DNA from: Paraspadella gotoi
Lineage: Eukaryota; Animalia; Chaetognatha
Direction: 5' to 3'
Assembly (NCBI GenBank): GCA_051294375.1
Contig: CM119265.1
Location: forward strand, 23,652,669 to 23,716,668
DNA length: 64,000 nucleotides
In this document: positions 40,538 to 54,410 of the stretch, one piece after another
Position numbering within the stretch: position 1 is the stretch's first letter
Layout of the letters: each line of letters begins with the position of its first letter
Program-made: the position numbers and the translations under genes
Notes under the pieces: model-generated
Databases searched by the model: none
Seen by the model: only the letters and a program-made list of their open reading frames with translations
Told to the model about the DNA's origin: nothing

Positions 40538-41577
40538 GAAAGAAAGAAAGAAAGAAAGAGAGAAAGAAATGAAAGAAAAGAAAGAAAAAGTAATAAAAAG
40601 ATGGAGGAAAGAACCAAAAAAAAAACCCATGGAACAGAACAGTTAGTAGATTGTAGATCAAAATAAAATTTATTTTCCCTCCACTATTGAAAGATGATTC
40701 GGTCGGTCGGTTTTGTGATGAAAACCGCGAAAAAAAAACTTTTCCATTTGACAGAAATCGGATCTTGTCTCTGGCCTAGCGCGCGGCTGAGACACAAAGT
40801 TGTGGGCCAATTATTTGGCTTAGCCGAATGTTTTGGCCAGGGCCGAGAACTCAGAACCCTCGTTGTTAATGTGGGAATCGAAGGGAATGAAAAAACGCAT
40901 AAAATTGTAGGTTGAGAAACGAAGAGATAAATGTAAAACCTGAAATGGATCAATGTGAAACAATGGAGGTCTCACTTTTCAGTTAAGCAGCTGCGAGTTA
41001 TTGTTAAGCTTGGCGTTTATTCATTAATATTCAATTATATATTTCTATGTAAAAATAAAATTTTTTGTTAAAAAGCTGATGTCTAAAAATGTGTCCCTAG
41101 CGAAGGCACCATGTTTAATATACGTTCGATGACAGAATATTGTAAGAAATTAAAAAAATATATACATATTACAATTGTTGATTCCCTCCCACCCATCGTA
41201 ATTGCTTTGACAATGCCGCCCGCCCTGTAGCGAAGTCTCTGGCGATTATAAAAAAGGTGATTAACTTAAGTCATTAAATAAACGATTGAAACAAAAGAAC
41301 ACGTTTATGACAGACGAAGGTGAAGTGAGAAAGAGATAGAGAAAACCAAGAGCCTCGCTGCAGCTGCGTCTTGATGAGTTCCAGTCCGACATAGACGGAA
41401 AGGGGACACAACCCGTGCAGACATCAGTTTGATGTACAAATAATGTAGAAATGATGTGGAGATTATGATGGAGAAATGATGTAGAGATTGATGAAGAAAT
41501 AGTGTCGAAGTCGCTGTCTCCTTTGGATTCAAAAACAAATGAAATATTTTATCATTGGTTCAGGCGCCGTTGTTGTT
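40538..41577 (+). repeat. Copy A of a ~1.05-kb direct repeat (copy B 48253-49326)
   Basis: Colinear from the (AAAG)n tract to ttggttcaggcgccgttgttgtt. Confidence 0.92.
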
Positions 41578-42129
41578 TGAATATGAATATTAATAATAAT
41601 TATTACAGTTTTGTTTCTGTTAAGAATAGAATTTAGGTTTTGATTTGTCTGCTTTTAAGTAAATATAAAAATATAAAAAATATTAGTCTTGTAAAGCCTT
41701 TGTTCAATGAGGCTTAAAACCTAAAAATTATAGCTTTGTACAGTAAAAAAATAAAAAATTGAATTTAGTAAAAAATACTTTTAATGCAAAAATAAAAATA
41801 ATGATATATAATATTAGGTAGGGTCAACTAAATTTTTTTTTCATATTATTAAATTTTGTTTCCGCTACAATAAGAATAGGAATTTTTTGGCTACTTTCCC
41901 GTGCAAAGAAAAATTAATGACTATCACCATTCAAATTCCTTTGATGATAGACCCTTAAGCTTATGATATATTTTTATCACTGGGTCCCTTAACTCGATGG
42001 GGAATAAGAGGAAAAGAAATAATAAAAAAAAATCGTTGTTAGATTTGGTTCTTTGGACCTTTTTTCGCTCGGGTGCGCCAACGAGGGTAACGCGAAAATT
42101 TGATCATCCCCTCACTTCCGGTGCTCGCT

Positions 42130-42219
42130 CTTATCTCTCTCTCTATCTCTCTCTTCTATACATCCATCTCTCTTTATCTTCTCTCTCTTTTTCTCTCTCT
42201 ATCTCTCTTCTATCTCTCA

Positions 42220-42250
<31 letters not shown>

Positions 42251-42350
42251 TATCTATCTATCTATCATCTATCTATCTATCTATCTATCTATATCTATCA
42301 ATCTATCTATTTATCTATCTATCTATCTATCTATCTATCCCTCTTCTCGC

Positions 42351-42386
<36 letters not shown>

Positions 42387-42393
42387 CTATCTA

Positions 42394-42428
<35 letters not shown>

Positions 42429-42506
42429 CCTCTTTCTCGCTCATCTCTCTTATCTATCTCGCTCCTATCTCACTATCTATCTCCTCTCTCTCTCTCTCTC
42501 TTCTCT

Positions 42507-42543
<37 letters not shown>

Positions 42544-42615
42544 CTATCTATCTATCTATCTATCATCTCTCTCTCTCTCTCTCTTCCTCTCTCTCTCTCT
42601 CTCTCTCTTCCTTCT
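42130..42615. repeat. Compound (TC)n/(TCTA)n/(TA)n microsatellite
   Basis: Directly visible in the sequence. Confidence 0.95.
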
Positions 42616-44674
42616 CAATCTGTTTATTCACGCGATTATCGCTCGGGCTGAAAAATCGACCATCACATTATTTTTTGTGCGTGGTGTGATGTGTAGTGTG
42701 ATTTTCGATGGTGACTCTATTCTTTTTGTTAACGGAGATGGAAAGTTGTAGTTGTTGTCGTTGTTGTTAGTGTTTTATTTCATTCACGTCCAACTGTCCG
42801 TCTTCACGTAAAGCGATTACGACCGTGAGGCAGATTTACCGAAATAATTCAACTGTTAAATACGAGAGGAAAAAAAATATAGGAATTTGTCTGCGAAAGG
42901 AAAAAAAAAAAAAAAAAAAGAATCCTGTGATACGGACGAAACCGTTGAAAAAAGTTTTCACTGAAATAGAGAGTGGGAAGAGCCAGCGAGCGCTCTCGCG
43001 AGCCGGAGTTTTAGTCGAGAGAAAAGGGCCCCGTCACGAAATGACGAGTGGTGAACGAGACGGTGATCCGTCGCTGGACGCGAGTCACGTGATTTCCATC
43101 TTTGAATTTTTGGGGAAAATCGTGGGGGATCGTCTGTTGTGGAGGATGTGGTGGCTTGAACCACTTGAAAAGTTGGGCGATTCGTGTGGGGCGGTGTGTG
43201 TAAGATTGGGGAAAGGGGAAAAGGGAAGAGGATTGAGATTTCAAGAGCATAGGATCAGAAACAAAAAAACAGCTCAGAGAAAAGCGGAATAAAAAACAGC
43301 ATCAGCAGGAGCCAAATCGGAAACAGCAGCAATAAACACAGAGAAGAAACGTTTCTCAAGCAGCGAACGAAGCAAAAAAAAAAGCTACAGCAGCAGCGGA
43401 GTAGCGATACGCTTGAGAAGAAGAATCGTTGAAAGTTGGATGAGCAAATGGGTTGAGGTTTTTTTTAAGTTGGGACGAAAAGGTAAGAGGCAGGGATGGG
43501 GCCTAAAGTAGGTGGGACAAGAAGGTAAGGCGCACGAAATATCCCGCGCGGCGGCGTGTTTGACGGAGCGAGACGAGATGGGGCAGAAGGGGGGGGGGGT
43601 GTTGTGGACCGTGACGAGCGTTAAACCGCCGACCGGGATTAAGACCGGGGGGGGGGCGAAGGACCCGATTACGAAGCCGGAAAGCAGGCGTTGCCGTTGG
43701 GAATTGGTGGTTATTGCAGTTTGCTGCGTTGTGATGATACTGTAGTGAGTGGTTTTGTGATAGTTATTATGAATAGAGGGGACGGAGTCGGTAAATTTTT
43801 ATTAGAGAATGAGTTCGAGGACTTAAATGACGAGGATAAAAGATGATGATGATGATGACGACGGACGACGAAGACGACGACGGACAAGGACGACGACGAA
43901 CGACAAAGACCCGAAGACGACGACGAAGGCCGTTATCGTGACCGATGACGACGACGATGACGACGACGACGAAGACAAAGACGGAAGCACGACGACGAAG
44001 GCCCTGACGTGACGATGACGACGGAAGGACTGTGACGACGACGACGACCGACGACGAAGGCCCGTGAACGATGACGACGACGATGCGATTGACGATGACA
44101 AGAATAGACGATGGACGACGACGACTTTTGACGAAGGACGACGACGACGACGGCAGTGACGAATCGCTTCTCTCGATTGTCTCTTCTTCATTCGACGATT
44201 CGTTCCTCTTCTTCTGTCGCCGTCGTGTCTCGTCGTTCTCATTCGTTTACCGTCTGTTTGCGCGGGAAATTTCATTTTTTTTTCTTCTGTCGGACTCAAA
44301 GATTTTTTCTTTCTTTTGGATTTTAAAGAAGAAAAAAAAAAGCCGAAAATTGCGGATTAAAAAAAAAAAGAAGATTTTTCCCGACGTCGGTTCTTTGATC
44401 GTGAAAAGTGAGCGATTGTGAGGGGAAGGTATGAGTCAGTGAGTGGAGTGGAAGTGACAATGGTCGTGACTATAAGTGAAGCGGGGGACGGGGGGAGTTC
44501 TGCGTCGTTTGGTGAGTGAATGAGCGGAGAGGCAGAGGAATGAGCCACGTTGCATGTCGCGAAGGAAAAAAAATAAAAGATAGTGGTCCTCTTTAAAGCA
44601 ATTGAAACATTTCTTTGAACATATTACGTCATTGATGAAAAGCCAGGTTCTTTCATTGGAGGGAATAAAACAGA

Positions 44675-44840
44675 CTGTGAGAGAGTCTTTTGTGAAAGCT
44701 TGCAGGGACCTTGCTATGTCATTATCTCGTAAGAGTTATGAAGGCCTTAAACCACCAAAGCCTGTCCCCAAAGTCGTGGAAAGATAGCTTATGATTAATG
44801 AATGAACGATTTTATATGTATGTACCAATTGATATAAAAG
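44675..44840 (+). mobile_element. Dispersed repeat family X, copy 3
   Basis: gagagagtcttttgtgaaagcttgcagggaccttgctatgtcattatct...ggccttaaaccaccaaagcctgtccccaaagtc...aagatagctta...aatgaatg...tgtaccaatt. Confidence 0.6.
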
Positions 44841-45639
44841 AGAAGACGGGGGGAAAGGGGTAAAAAAAAAAATCAAAAAGGAAGGAAGAATAAATTGAAG
44901 TCACTTTGAGGTATGAACGTGAGTATTGATAATGAGATGATGGAGGAGGAGGAGGAGGGAGGAGGAGGAAGGAAGAAGAGGAAGAATTTGAAGAACAGAA
45001 TAAGTGATAAAAAGAGTTCATAGTGGTTTAATACTATTCTACGTCGGAATTTATATCGATCGTAAATAATAATCAGACCCGTTATAATTTTTAAAAAAAA
45101 AAAAATACTGTCACCGATTAAAAAAAAAGAAAAAGAAATAGGAAAGTTAAGAAGAAAAAAAGAAGCTGAAAGAGAATATAGAACAAGTTTGAGCAAACAA
45201 TTTCGGATCTGCCCACGATCATAGCGGTTATTAATTAATTATTAATACAAATTATGTGAACTAAAATAATAATTTAATTAATAAATTAATTAATTTGAAC
45301 CAAATGTTTGTTTTTTATGGTCTTCGTCACTGACATACGACAAAAGCAACGACGATTGATGATGACGACGACGAAAAATATGCCGATAAACGATTGATTG
45401 ATTTGATTATTAATTGAATTAAATAATTAATTAAGTTATAAATGATTGATGATTGAATAATTAATATGATAGATAACTAACATTGAATTGATTGATTAAA
45501 TTAATAGTTGATTGATTAATTGACAGATTAATTATCTAATTATTATAATTAATTGATTAATTGATTAATTAACTAATTAATTTTGAAATTATAACATCTT
45601 GTATTTACATTTATTAAAAATAAAAAAGCAGATAATAAT

Positions 45640-46012
45640 CAATTAGTGAAGCAAGTTTTTTTTTTCATTTAAACTCATTTTCCACTCAAAACGATTCCAT
45701 CGAAACTTAAATTTCAGCTTACACACACTTTCCTACCAACATAACAAAATTTTAAGTTCAATCGCCACGTTCACTCATGAGTATTAGGGCGTTCAAAAAT
45801 TGAAATATATTTTTTTTGTTTTTTTCCCATTTAACTCGTTTCACATCGCCCGATTCTATGGAAACTTCATATCAGCTTCATCACACACTTCCTACCCACA
45901 CACAAAATTTCATTCAAAATCACATCCATCCAATCCAGCACGAGTAATTGGGTTTTTTGCTAAAGGTGAGACGGACAGACGGACGGACGGACGGACGGAC
46001 ATGATTTTTTTT
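45640..46012 (+). mobile_element. DINE-1/HINE-like non-autonomous Helentron remnant
   Basis: Two ~160-bp internal units (each gaaactt...cagctt...cacacactt.cctacc...acaaaattt) are followed by an (ACGG)n microsatellite ending gacggacatg. This matches the known architecture of DINE-1/HINE elements. Termini were not resolved. Confidence 0.5.
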
Positions 46013-47834
46013 GCATAATTATCATAAATGATGTTCTGAAATGATGATAAGTGATGCCCCGACGAGATTTGAGGGGGCGGACCGACGCGACCGACAAATG
46101 AATTATAAGTCGGGATCTTTGGATAAGCGATCCGACTAAAAAACAGGAAGGCCTTTTCTCCCGTCGTTCGAGTTATTTATATCGAAAATCGGCACACAAA
46201 ACTCACATGGAAGCGAAATATTTGTACGATTTAGAAAAAAAAATGGAATATAAAATGGGAATATTAAGCTAATTATAGATGAAAGAAAAAAGAATTATAT
46301 AAAGCAATAAATCCCTATCTAATTCGTTGACTGCACACTGACCGCAGCGTCGGCATTAGTGTCGGCTTCGGCTTGTTTGAGAGAGAGAGAGAAGAGAGAA
46401 GAGAGGGAGAGGAAGGAAGTAGGGGAGGAGAGGGAGTAGAGGGAGGGGATGGACGGAAGAGAGAGGCGGGAGAGGAGGAGGGAGGAGAGGGAATGAGAGA
46501 GAGAAGACGGAGAGAGAGAGAGGAGAGGAAAAGAGGGAGCGAGAGAGAGAGAGGGAGAAAGAATACTGTCAAAAACATCTTTGTTGATTAAAATTCTTAG
46601 AAAGATTAAAATAAACTCTAACGATGGCCCTGCGTCTGAAAACCAAATTAAACTATTTAATCACCCAGTTTAATTTTTTTATTTAGATACTTTTCTTACG
46701 GTTAATAAACCCTAGTCCTATACGTTACCCTATGCAATTAATATCTCCTTAACCGAGTCTTTAATATCTTCCTTAAATCCGTGTGCTTCGATTTTCCGAA
46801 TGTTCGATCCCTCCTTGTATCCACCACCCCTCCCTCACATTCCGGCTCCCGAAGCGAAAAAACGACCGCTTTGCGTCTTATTGTTTTTCGTTCGTCGAGA
46901 ATAAAAAAAAAAACCAAGGGGGGAAAGACCTCCCGCGGTCACCTAGCTGCCACCTGCGGTTTTCCCCCGAGCCTTGAAACGAAAAGAAACAACGGGGGGA
47001 CAAGGGATTGTGGAAAAAGAGAGAGAGAAGAGAGAAGAGAGGGACGAAGAAGAAGAGGAGAAGAGAGAGAGGAGAAGAGAGGAGAGAAGAGTGAGAGACG
47101 AGAGAGAGAGAGTAGGAAGAGATATATTCCTTTTTTGTCGTTATTTCAAACAAACTGCTCCTATAGTGGGCGGTCGACCTTTACGAAGAGAGAAACGAAA
47201 GAGATTATATATTTTTGTCAATCTTTTCAATTATTTTGTTATATAAATCTTTCTAAATGAACGCGTACTTTCTGTCCTTAAATGGATCAATAATTATTTT
47301 ATTTATAACGCGTGGTAGATATATTGGATAAAAAAAAAGTTGTAGGCGTTTTGCGACTGCTAAAGACTCATTATGCATCAATTGTCGTTAATTTGTTTTA
47401 GAGATGACTTTTTAAAAAACGGAATGACATCTTACATTTTAAAATGAGATAAAACATGAACTGAATTCATGAGAGCGGTTTTATTTTTTAACTCTTTACC
47501 TTAATAACAAACTTTATCAGTATCATTAAACTTTTAAAATTCTTTTTTTTTTTTTCTTCATGCTATTGTTTTTTCACTTTATTTTTTTCCTATCTCCTTC
47601 GTTCTGTATCCTTTTGGTCGCAGGGTTATATACAATTCTTTTAAATCTATATCTAAAAGATATTCCTTTATTTTTTCATCCCTTTTCACTCGACTTCAGC
47701 GCCAAAGGATCATAAACCCTTTTCTTAGAAAATCGGTCTTCCGAAGAACAAGAGGATTTTTTTTTTTGCGCTTTTTGGTTGCGAGGCCAAGTAGCACAAT
47801 TTTGTCAATCTTCTCTCTCTCTCTCTTCTCTCTT

Positions 47835-47866
<32 letters not shown>

Positions 47867-47968
47867 CGTGCTCTCTCTTCTCTCTCTCTCTCTTAACATA
47901 AATTCCCTCACCCCCTCTCACATGAAAACAGAAAAGGGGAAAGATATTGATCAGCAGTTAACTATGAA

Positions 47969-48020
<52 letters not shown>

Positions 48021-48252
48021 CTCTCTCGCCTCTCTCTCTTCTCTCTCTCTCTCTCGCCAGACTAGAGATTTGAGGAACCTCAGCTGATTAGTAGGAAAAA
48101 AAAGTCAATCTCGGGGAAAAGGATTTTTTTCTCTTTTTCTTTTTTCATCATTTATTCAGATTGATGCAATCAATTTTTTATTTCTCAAATATATCTTTTT
48201 ATTACAATTGGAATTCATACTGAAACATTATCCCACTCATTACATTGAATCT

Positions 48253-49326
48253 AAGAAAGAAAGAAAGAAAGAAAGAAAGAGAGAAAGAAAAGAAAGAAAA
48301 GAAAGAAAAAGTAATAAAAAAGATGGAGGGAAAGAACCAAAAAAAAAAAACCCCATGGAACTGAGACAGTTAGTAGATTGTAGATCAAAATAAACATTTA
48401 TTTTCCCTCCACTAATTGAAAGATGGTCGATCGGTCGGTTTGTGATGAAAACCGCGAAAAAAAAACTTTTCCATTTGACAGAAATCGGATCTTGTCTCTG
48501 GCCAAGCGCGCGGCTGAGACTCAAAGTTGTGGGCCAATTATTTGGCTTTAGGCCGAATGGTTTTGGCCAGAGGCCGAGAACTCAGAACCCTCGTTGTTAA
48601 TGTGGGAAATCGAAGGGAATGAAAAAACGCATAAAATTGTAGGATTGAGAAACGAAGAGATAAATGTAAAACCCTGAAATGGATCAATGTGAAACAATGG
48701 AGGTCTCACTTTTCAGTTAAGCAGCTGCGAGTTATTGTTAAGCCTTGGCGTTTATTCATTAATATTCAATCTATATATTTCTATGTATAAACATAAAAGT
48801 TTTTTGTTAAAAAGCTGATGTCTAAAAATGTGTCCCTAGCGAAGGCAGCCATGTTTAATATACGTTCGATGACAGAATATTGTAAGAAGTTAAAAAAATA
48901 TATACATATTACAATTGGTTGATTCCCTCCCCACCATCGTAATTGCTTTGACAATGGCCGCCCGCCCTGTAGCGAAAGTCTCTGGCGATTATAAAAAAGG
49001 TGATTAACTTAAGTCATTAAATAAACGATTGAAACAAAAGAACACGTTTATGACAGACGAAGGTGAAGTGAGAAAGAGATAGAGAAAACCAAGAGCCTCG
49101 TCTGCAGCTGCGTTCTTGATGAGTTCCAGTCCCGACAGAGATGGAAAGGGGGCACAACCCGTGCAGACACCAGTTTGATGTACAAATAATGTAGAAATGA
49201 TGTGGAGATTATGATGTAGAAATGATGTAGAGATTGATGAAGAAATAGTGTCGAAGTCGCTGTCTCCTTTGGATTCAAAAAACAAATGAAATATTTTATT
49301 CCATTGGTTCAGGCGCCGTTGTTGTT
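48253..49326 (+). repeat. Copy B of the ~1.05-kb direct repeat
   Basis: Same as 40538-41577 with mostly single-base insertions. Confidence 0.92.
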
Positions 49327-49439
49327 GTTATTGTTGTCGTTGTTGTTGCTGTGGCTGTTCTCGATTTTCCCTTTTGCTTTTCCCTTTTCCTTTCTTCTTA
49401 AATCTCCCTCTTTTCCCTTTTCCCTTTTCCTTTCTTCTT

Positions 49440-49745
49440 ATATTCTCCTCTTTCCCTTTTCCTTTTTCCCTTATACCCCTCTTTCCCTTTTCTTTTTCCT
49501 TTATACTCCCTCTTTCCCTTTTCTTTTTCCTTTATACTCCCTCTTCCCTTTTCTTTTTTCTTTATATCCTTCCATCTTTCCCTTTTCCTTTTTCCTTATA
49601 ACTTCCTCTTCCCTTTTTTCCTTTTCCTTTATAGTCCTCTTCCCTCTTTCCCATTTCCTTTAAACTCCCTCTTTCCCTTTTCTTTTTCCTTTATACTCCC
49701 TCTTTCCCTTTTCCTTTTTCCTTTATACTCCCTATTTTCCTTTTT
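49440..49745. repeat. ~33-bp pyrimidine minisatellite (ctttatactccctctttcccttttctttttc)n
   Basis: Repeated tttatactccctc anchor. Confidence 0.8.
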
Positions 49746-50623
49746 TAGCCGCGAGACTCAGATAAATCAGAGTTGAAACTCTTTCCCACCAACTTCTCCC
49801 TCGACGTCGTCGATGAAGAGAAAAACTTTTCCCGCCAAAATGTTTCTCACCTTTTTTTTGGGTGGGGGAATTTCCTCTGTTTTGGTCAAAAATTTATTTT
49901 CTCGGCCCACGGCTCTTTCTTTTTTCCTTGAAGATCGTTACATTTTGTTGGTTCATACTATTTAATACTTCATATTTAACAACTTAATTTACTTTCCCTT
50001 TATACTTCCTTCTCCCTACTTCCTTTTCCTCCTTCCTTTCCTTTCCTTTCTCTTTTCCTTTCCTTTCCTTTCTCCTTCCTCTCTCTGCAATCTTAATCTT
50101 CCTTACTCCCTCTTTCCTTTTCCCCCTTCCTTTCTTCAACGTTCTCCCAACCTTCCCTTATCCTTCTTTTATCCATCCTCTACCTCTTCTCCCCTCCTCT
50201 TCCTCCTCCTCCTCCTCCTCGTCCTCCTCCTCACGCGCCTCGAGTCTCGTGACTTCGACTTCGTGAGTTTTTCTTATTTTCTTCGTCGCCGTCGAAATTC
50301 ACTTCGACGCCGCCTCCGCCGCCGACGCTTCCGCCGCCGCCGCCGCCGCCGACGCCATCTCCGTCGCCGCAGAAGCTACTTTGGCTACTGAAGCTCATTG
50401 CCCATTGTAATTTAATTTTTTTCGCCTTGGGCGCCGCCACAGTCGATTTCGCCGCCAGTGGCGGTTTACTTGTCTTCTTTATAACCGCCGACGGCATTGC
50501 AAACGCGGTCGCCGTCTTCAGTCGTTGCCACTGGTCTTTTTCCTTGTCATTTATTCCACTTAAAACATTTCCATTACCATCTCAGTCAAGTACTATTCCA
50601 TTGCCATAACTACCTTCAATTAT

Positions 50624-50875
50624 CCATTGCCGTCTCTAACACTACGACTTCCCCCATTGCCATCTCCACCTCTCGTCTGCCCCGCTGCCATCTCCACCTT
50701 TGCCGTCTGCCCATTATCATCTCTACCTCTGCCGTCAGCACCATTACCATCTCGACCTCTGCCGTCTACTCCACTACCATCTCCACCTTTGCCGTCTGCT
50801 CCATTACCATCTCCACCTCTGCCGTCTGCCCCACTGCCATCTCCAACTCTAACTCCTAACCCATTGCCATCGCCA
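50624..50875. repeat. 30-bp minisatellite (ccattaccatctccacctctgccgtctgct)n
   Basis: About 7 tandem units. They produce the PPLPSAPLPS and GNGADGRGGD repeat ORFs. Confidence 0.85.
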
Positions 50876-50919
50876 TCACAGTCGCCAAGTTCACGGAACC
50901 GAGGCCAACGCGATTTTCC

Positions 50920-50977
<58 letters not shown>

Positions 50978-51264
50978 ATTTTCTCTGACAAAGTTTCGAA
51001 TAAAATTCTCCAAAGTACATTTAGGATTTTTTGCAAAAAAATTCCTCTATTTTTTTTTTAATTTTTTTTATTTTTATGACTTAATTTTATTATTTGCTTA
51101 TTTGTTTGTTTAATTAAGCGGGTGGGAATGATGCTCGATGCTCGAGGCTTCGTTCCCGACAATTTCACTCGCGCGACCGACAATTTCCCACGTTCGTTGC
51201 CGACATTTTTATTTAGCAACCGACGTTTTTTTAATTCTTTTCGCTCTCTCGTCAAAGGCGTGCT

Positions 51265-51295
<31 letters not shown>

Positions 51296-51913
51296 AACCG
51301 CCGCCGCCCCTGACGATAAATCTTTCGCACCTGGCGTTTTCTGTCGACGCTGAAATGTGACGACATTCGTAAAAAAGTTCAATGATTGTTGCAGTTGCAA
51401 TTGCCAGTTGAAATTCGCAGATGCTCTTTCCATTCCCTGTTTCTCTTCCCTCCGAGTCCAGGGTAAGTTTAGAAAATGAAACAACATTGACGTCCGGGCT
51501 CGAACCCGTGACCTTTCGCCAACGAATCGACGAATCCAAACGAAGATTCGGATTTTTCGCTTCGATTGATTTCGATTCTTTTCTCGGATTCGCGAATCGT
51601 CTGAGTGTAAACATCTGCCTTTCATGAAGACGCCGATGTCGTCGTTGTCGTCGTTGTCGTCGTCGCTTTCCTCGTCCGGAGGTTTCTGTTATCGTCGGCG
51701 TCGTCGTCACTGTCTTCTTTGTCTTCGTTGTCGGCGACAATTTTATCGTCATTGTCATCGTCGTTGTCATCGTCGTTATCATCGTCATTTCCATAGCTAA
51801 TAATATCTTCGAGATTGCGAGGGTTCCACTCGCTCTCCTTGTCATCGTCTTTTTTGTCATCATAGTTGTGATCGCCGTTATCTTCTTCGCTTTTGTCATT
51901 GTCGTCTTTATCT

Positions 51914-51951
<38 letters not shown>

Positions 51952-52596
51952 CTCTAACCAAGAGACTTTTGTTTTTTTTTTCTTCCATCAATTTTTTTTC
52001 TTCACCATTTGCGCATCTCCTCAACATGGTTTCTCTCTTTTCCTTTTTATCCCTCACCCGTTATCTGTTTTAACGACACGGTCACTCACCAGTTTGAATC
52101 CAAGGTCATTTATCCATATTTTTTTTTACTTTTATTGTCTATATTATAATATTAACTGTATAAAACTTACTAGGGCTGAGCTTAAGTCATAGGATTTTCC
52201 TCTTCATTCCCATCATTGTTTTTCCCCATCGTTTGATTTTAATCCTCCATTTCTATTCGAAATTTCTGCAAAATGATTCCATCTTTTCGACTCTCTATTT
52301 TTCCCCCCTTTTCACAANNNNNNNNNNNNNNNNNNNNNNNNNTGAGGTCGGGGGCGGGAAGCAGGGGAGGGAGCGAAGAGAGGGAGCATGGAGCATGGGA
52401 GGAGGCAGGGGAGCGAGCGAGAGCGATCGATGTTTTTGAAAATGTTTTCATCCAAATTCGCGGGGACAGCTTCTTTTTTTTTTTTTTTCTTTTTTTTTTT
52501 CAAGGTCGCGTTTGGCGGAGTTTTGGTTTAATATTACGGTCATTGGAGGATCAGGTAGGAGAGAGAAAAATGATGACATGAGAATGGAGAGAGAGA

Positions 52597-52641
<45 letters not shown>

Positions 52642-52646
52642 GAGAG

Positions 52647-52688
<42 letters not shown>

Positions 52689-53327
52689 GTTGCAAATGAC
52701 AAATCGAGATTGAACGCAATAAAGGATATGCGGACTACGTGAACCTAATCAAGATGGGCGAAAATTTTTGTGAAAATGTCACAGAGTCTCCTCACAGGGT
52801 GAGTCCATCGTCTTCGATCGTGAAAACGAAGTCAGTTTTTTTTGGGGGGGAGATGGTCCAACGGCACGATCGCTATTGGAAGAGGAAATAGGTGCAAGAA
52901 AAGGGTCAAGCAAAAGGGTCAATCAGAGTTCGGGAGAAAAGGTCGGTTAGAGTTTTTTTGCGAATGCTAAGAATATTCTAGACGTGTGTTCGCACGCGAT
53001 TCGCGTTTACAGTAGTTGATTGCGTGGCGGAACCTGAGATGAGAACCATCGACGCGCAAATGTAGCAGACGGAAGCCAAAGTAGTTTGGCAATTTCATTT
53101 GGCACTTCCAGATGGCGAAACCGATCTGCGATGTAGCGGCGTTTGAAAAAGCCAAGTCCAGTTTTTTTTTCTTTTTTCTGAAAAAAAAAAAGGAAAAAAA
53201 AAAACCGATCGTACCGAAACTTGAAAATGAAAACGAGGAAAAATATAAAGAAGAAAAGAAAACCGGAAGGATTTTTTGTTTTTTCTTCGATCATCTGGTA
53301 TTCGAGCCACTTTGAAACCGATTTCAC

Positions 53328-53380
<53 letters not shown>

Positions 53381-53944
53381 GAGAGAGAAGAGAGAGAGAG
53401 AGAGAGAGAATGAGAGATTACATTTTAAAAAGAGTTGGGAAAACGTGGGAACCGCTGAGGCTGGAAAACGGCCGTCGTGCACCTGACGTTTGGCTAGAAG
53501 TGTTAATTTTAGAGTGAACGAAAAAAATAATTTGGTTTGGTTACAACTATCATCTTTTGGTGGAGTAATGGTTTCACGGAATAGGTGGATTAATTTATTA
53601 AAGATAAAGAAACCTGTTTAGGAGGACTACGGTTTAAAGAATGTTGACAGAAGCGGTGTTTTGAAATCGCCGCGCTCTGGGCAACTCATTAAGTTGAGCT
53701 TCTTGTAGTATTAAACAAGGCAGGGGTGCAATAAAGTTGTTAAAGCAGAGGAAATGATCGACAAGGGAAAGAATGCAAAATGATGACGGCAGTGTTGTGG
53801 TAGTTATGCTTCAGCGGATGGCAAGGAAGGCAACGAAGCAAAAGTGGTATTGAGAGCAAAGGGAATGGAACGGGAAGCAACAATAATGCGATGCCAAACT
53901 AAATTGGTAAATGAAAGCGAAGGAAAAATGGGTAGTGGATAGTG

Positions 53945-54410
53945 AATGTCGAGGGAATGACAAAGGGGCAAAAAAAATTAACAGTTGTGGCTAAGTAGTG
54001 GTAAATGTCGCGTCAGGGAATGAAACTTGAGTGGAAAAAGAAATGCAAACAGTTGTGCAAAGTAGTGGTAATGCGGCATACAAGGAAATGACAGAAAGTG
54101 GCAAAAGAATTAACAGTTTGTGCAAGTAGTGGTAATGCGCGTCAGGTAATGACAGAAGTGGACAAAAAATTACCAGTTGTGCTAGTGTGGTAAATGCGCA
54201 TCGAGGGAATGAAAATGACAGAAGCGGCAAAAAATTAACAGTTGTGATAGTTGTGGTAAAATTGCGCATCGAGGGAGGAATGACAGAAGTTGGCAAAGAT
54301 ATTTAACAGTTGCCTATAGTTGTGTAATGGCGCGTCACGGAAAGACAGGTAGTGGCAAAAGAATCAACAGTTGTGCTTAGTAAGTGGTAAATGCGCCGTC
54401 AAGGGAACGC
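53945..54410. repeat. ~58-bp minisatellite (cgcgtcagggaatgacagaagtggcaaaagaattaacagttgtgctagtagtggtaatg)n; mirrored at ~56575-56800
   Basis: About 7-8 noisy units with an aacagttgtg anchor. Confidence 0.85.

Noticed and set aside
40538-49326. LTR retrotransposon
   Set aside because: No TG...CA termini, primer-binding site, target-site duplication or internal gag/pol.
50620-51061. Extensin- or collagen-like repeat protein
   Set aside because: A 30-bp minisatellite open on both strands that runs into (CT)n, with no exon boundaries.
51492-51524. Functional tRNA gene
   Set aside because: Only a T-arm/B box is present; no A box, anticodon stem or acceptor stem pairing is evident.
53945-54410. 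Repeat-spacer array
   Set aside because: The variation between ~58-bp units is indel noise along the whole unit, not unique spacers.
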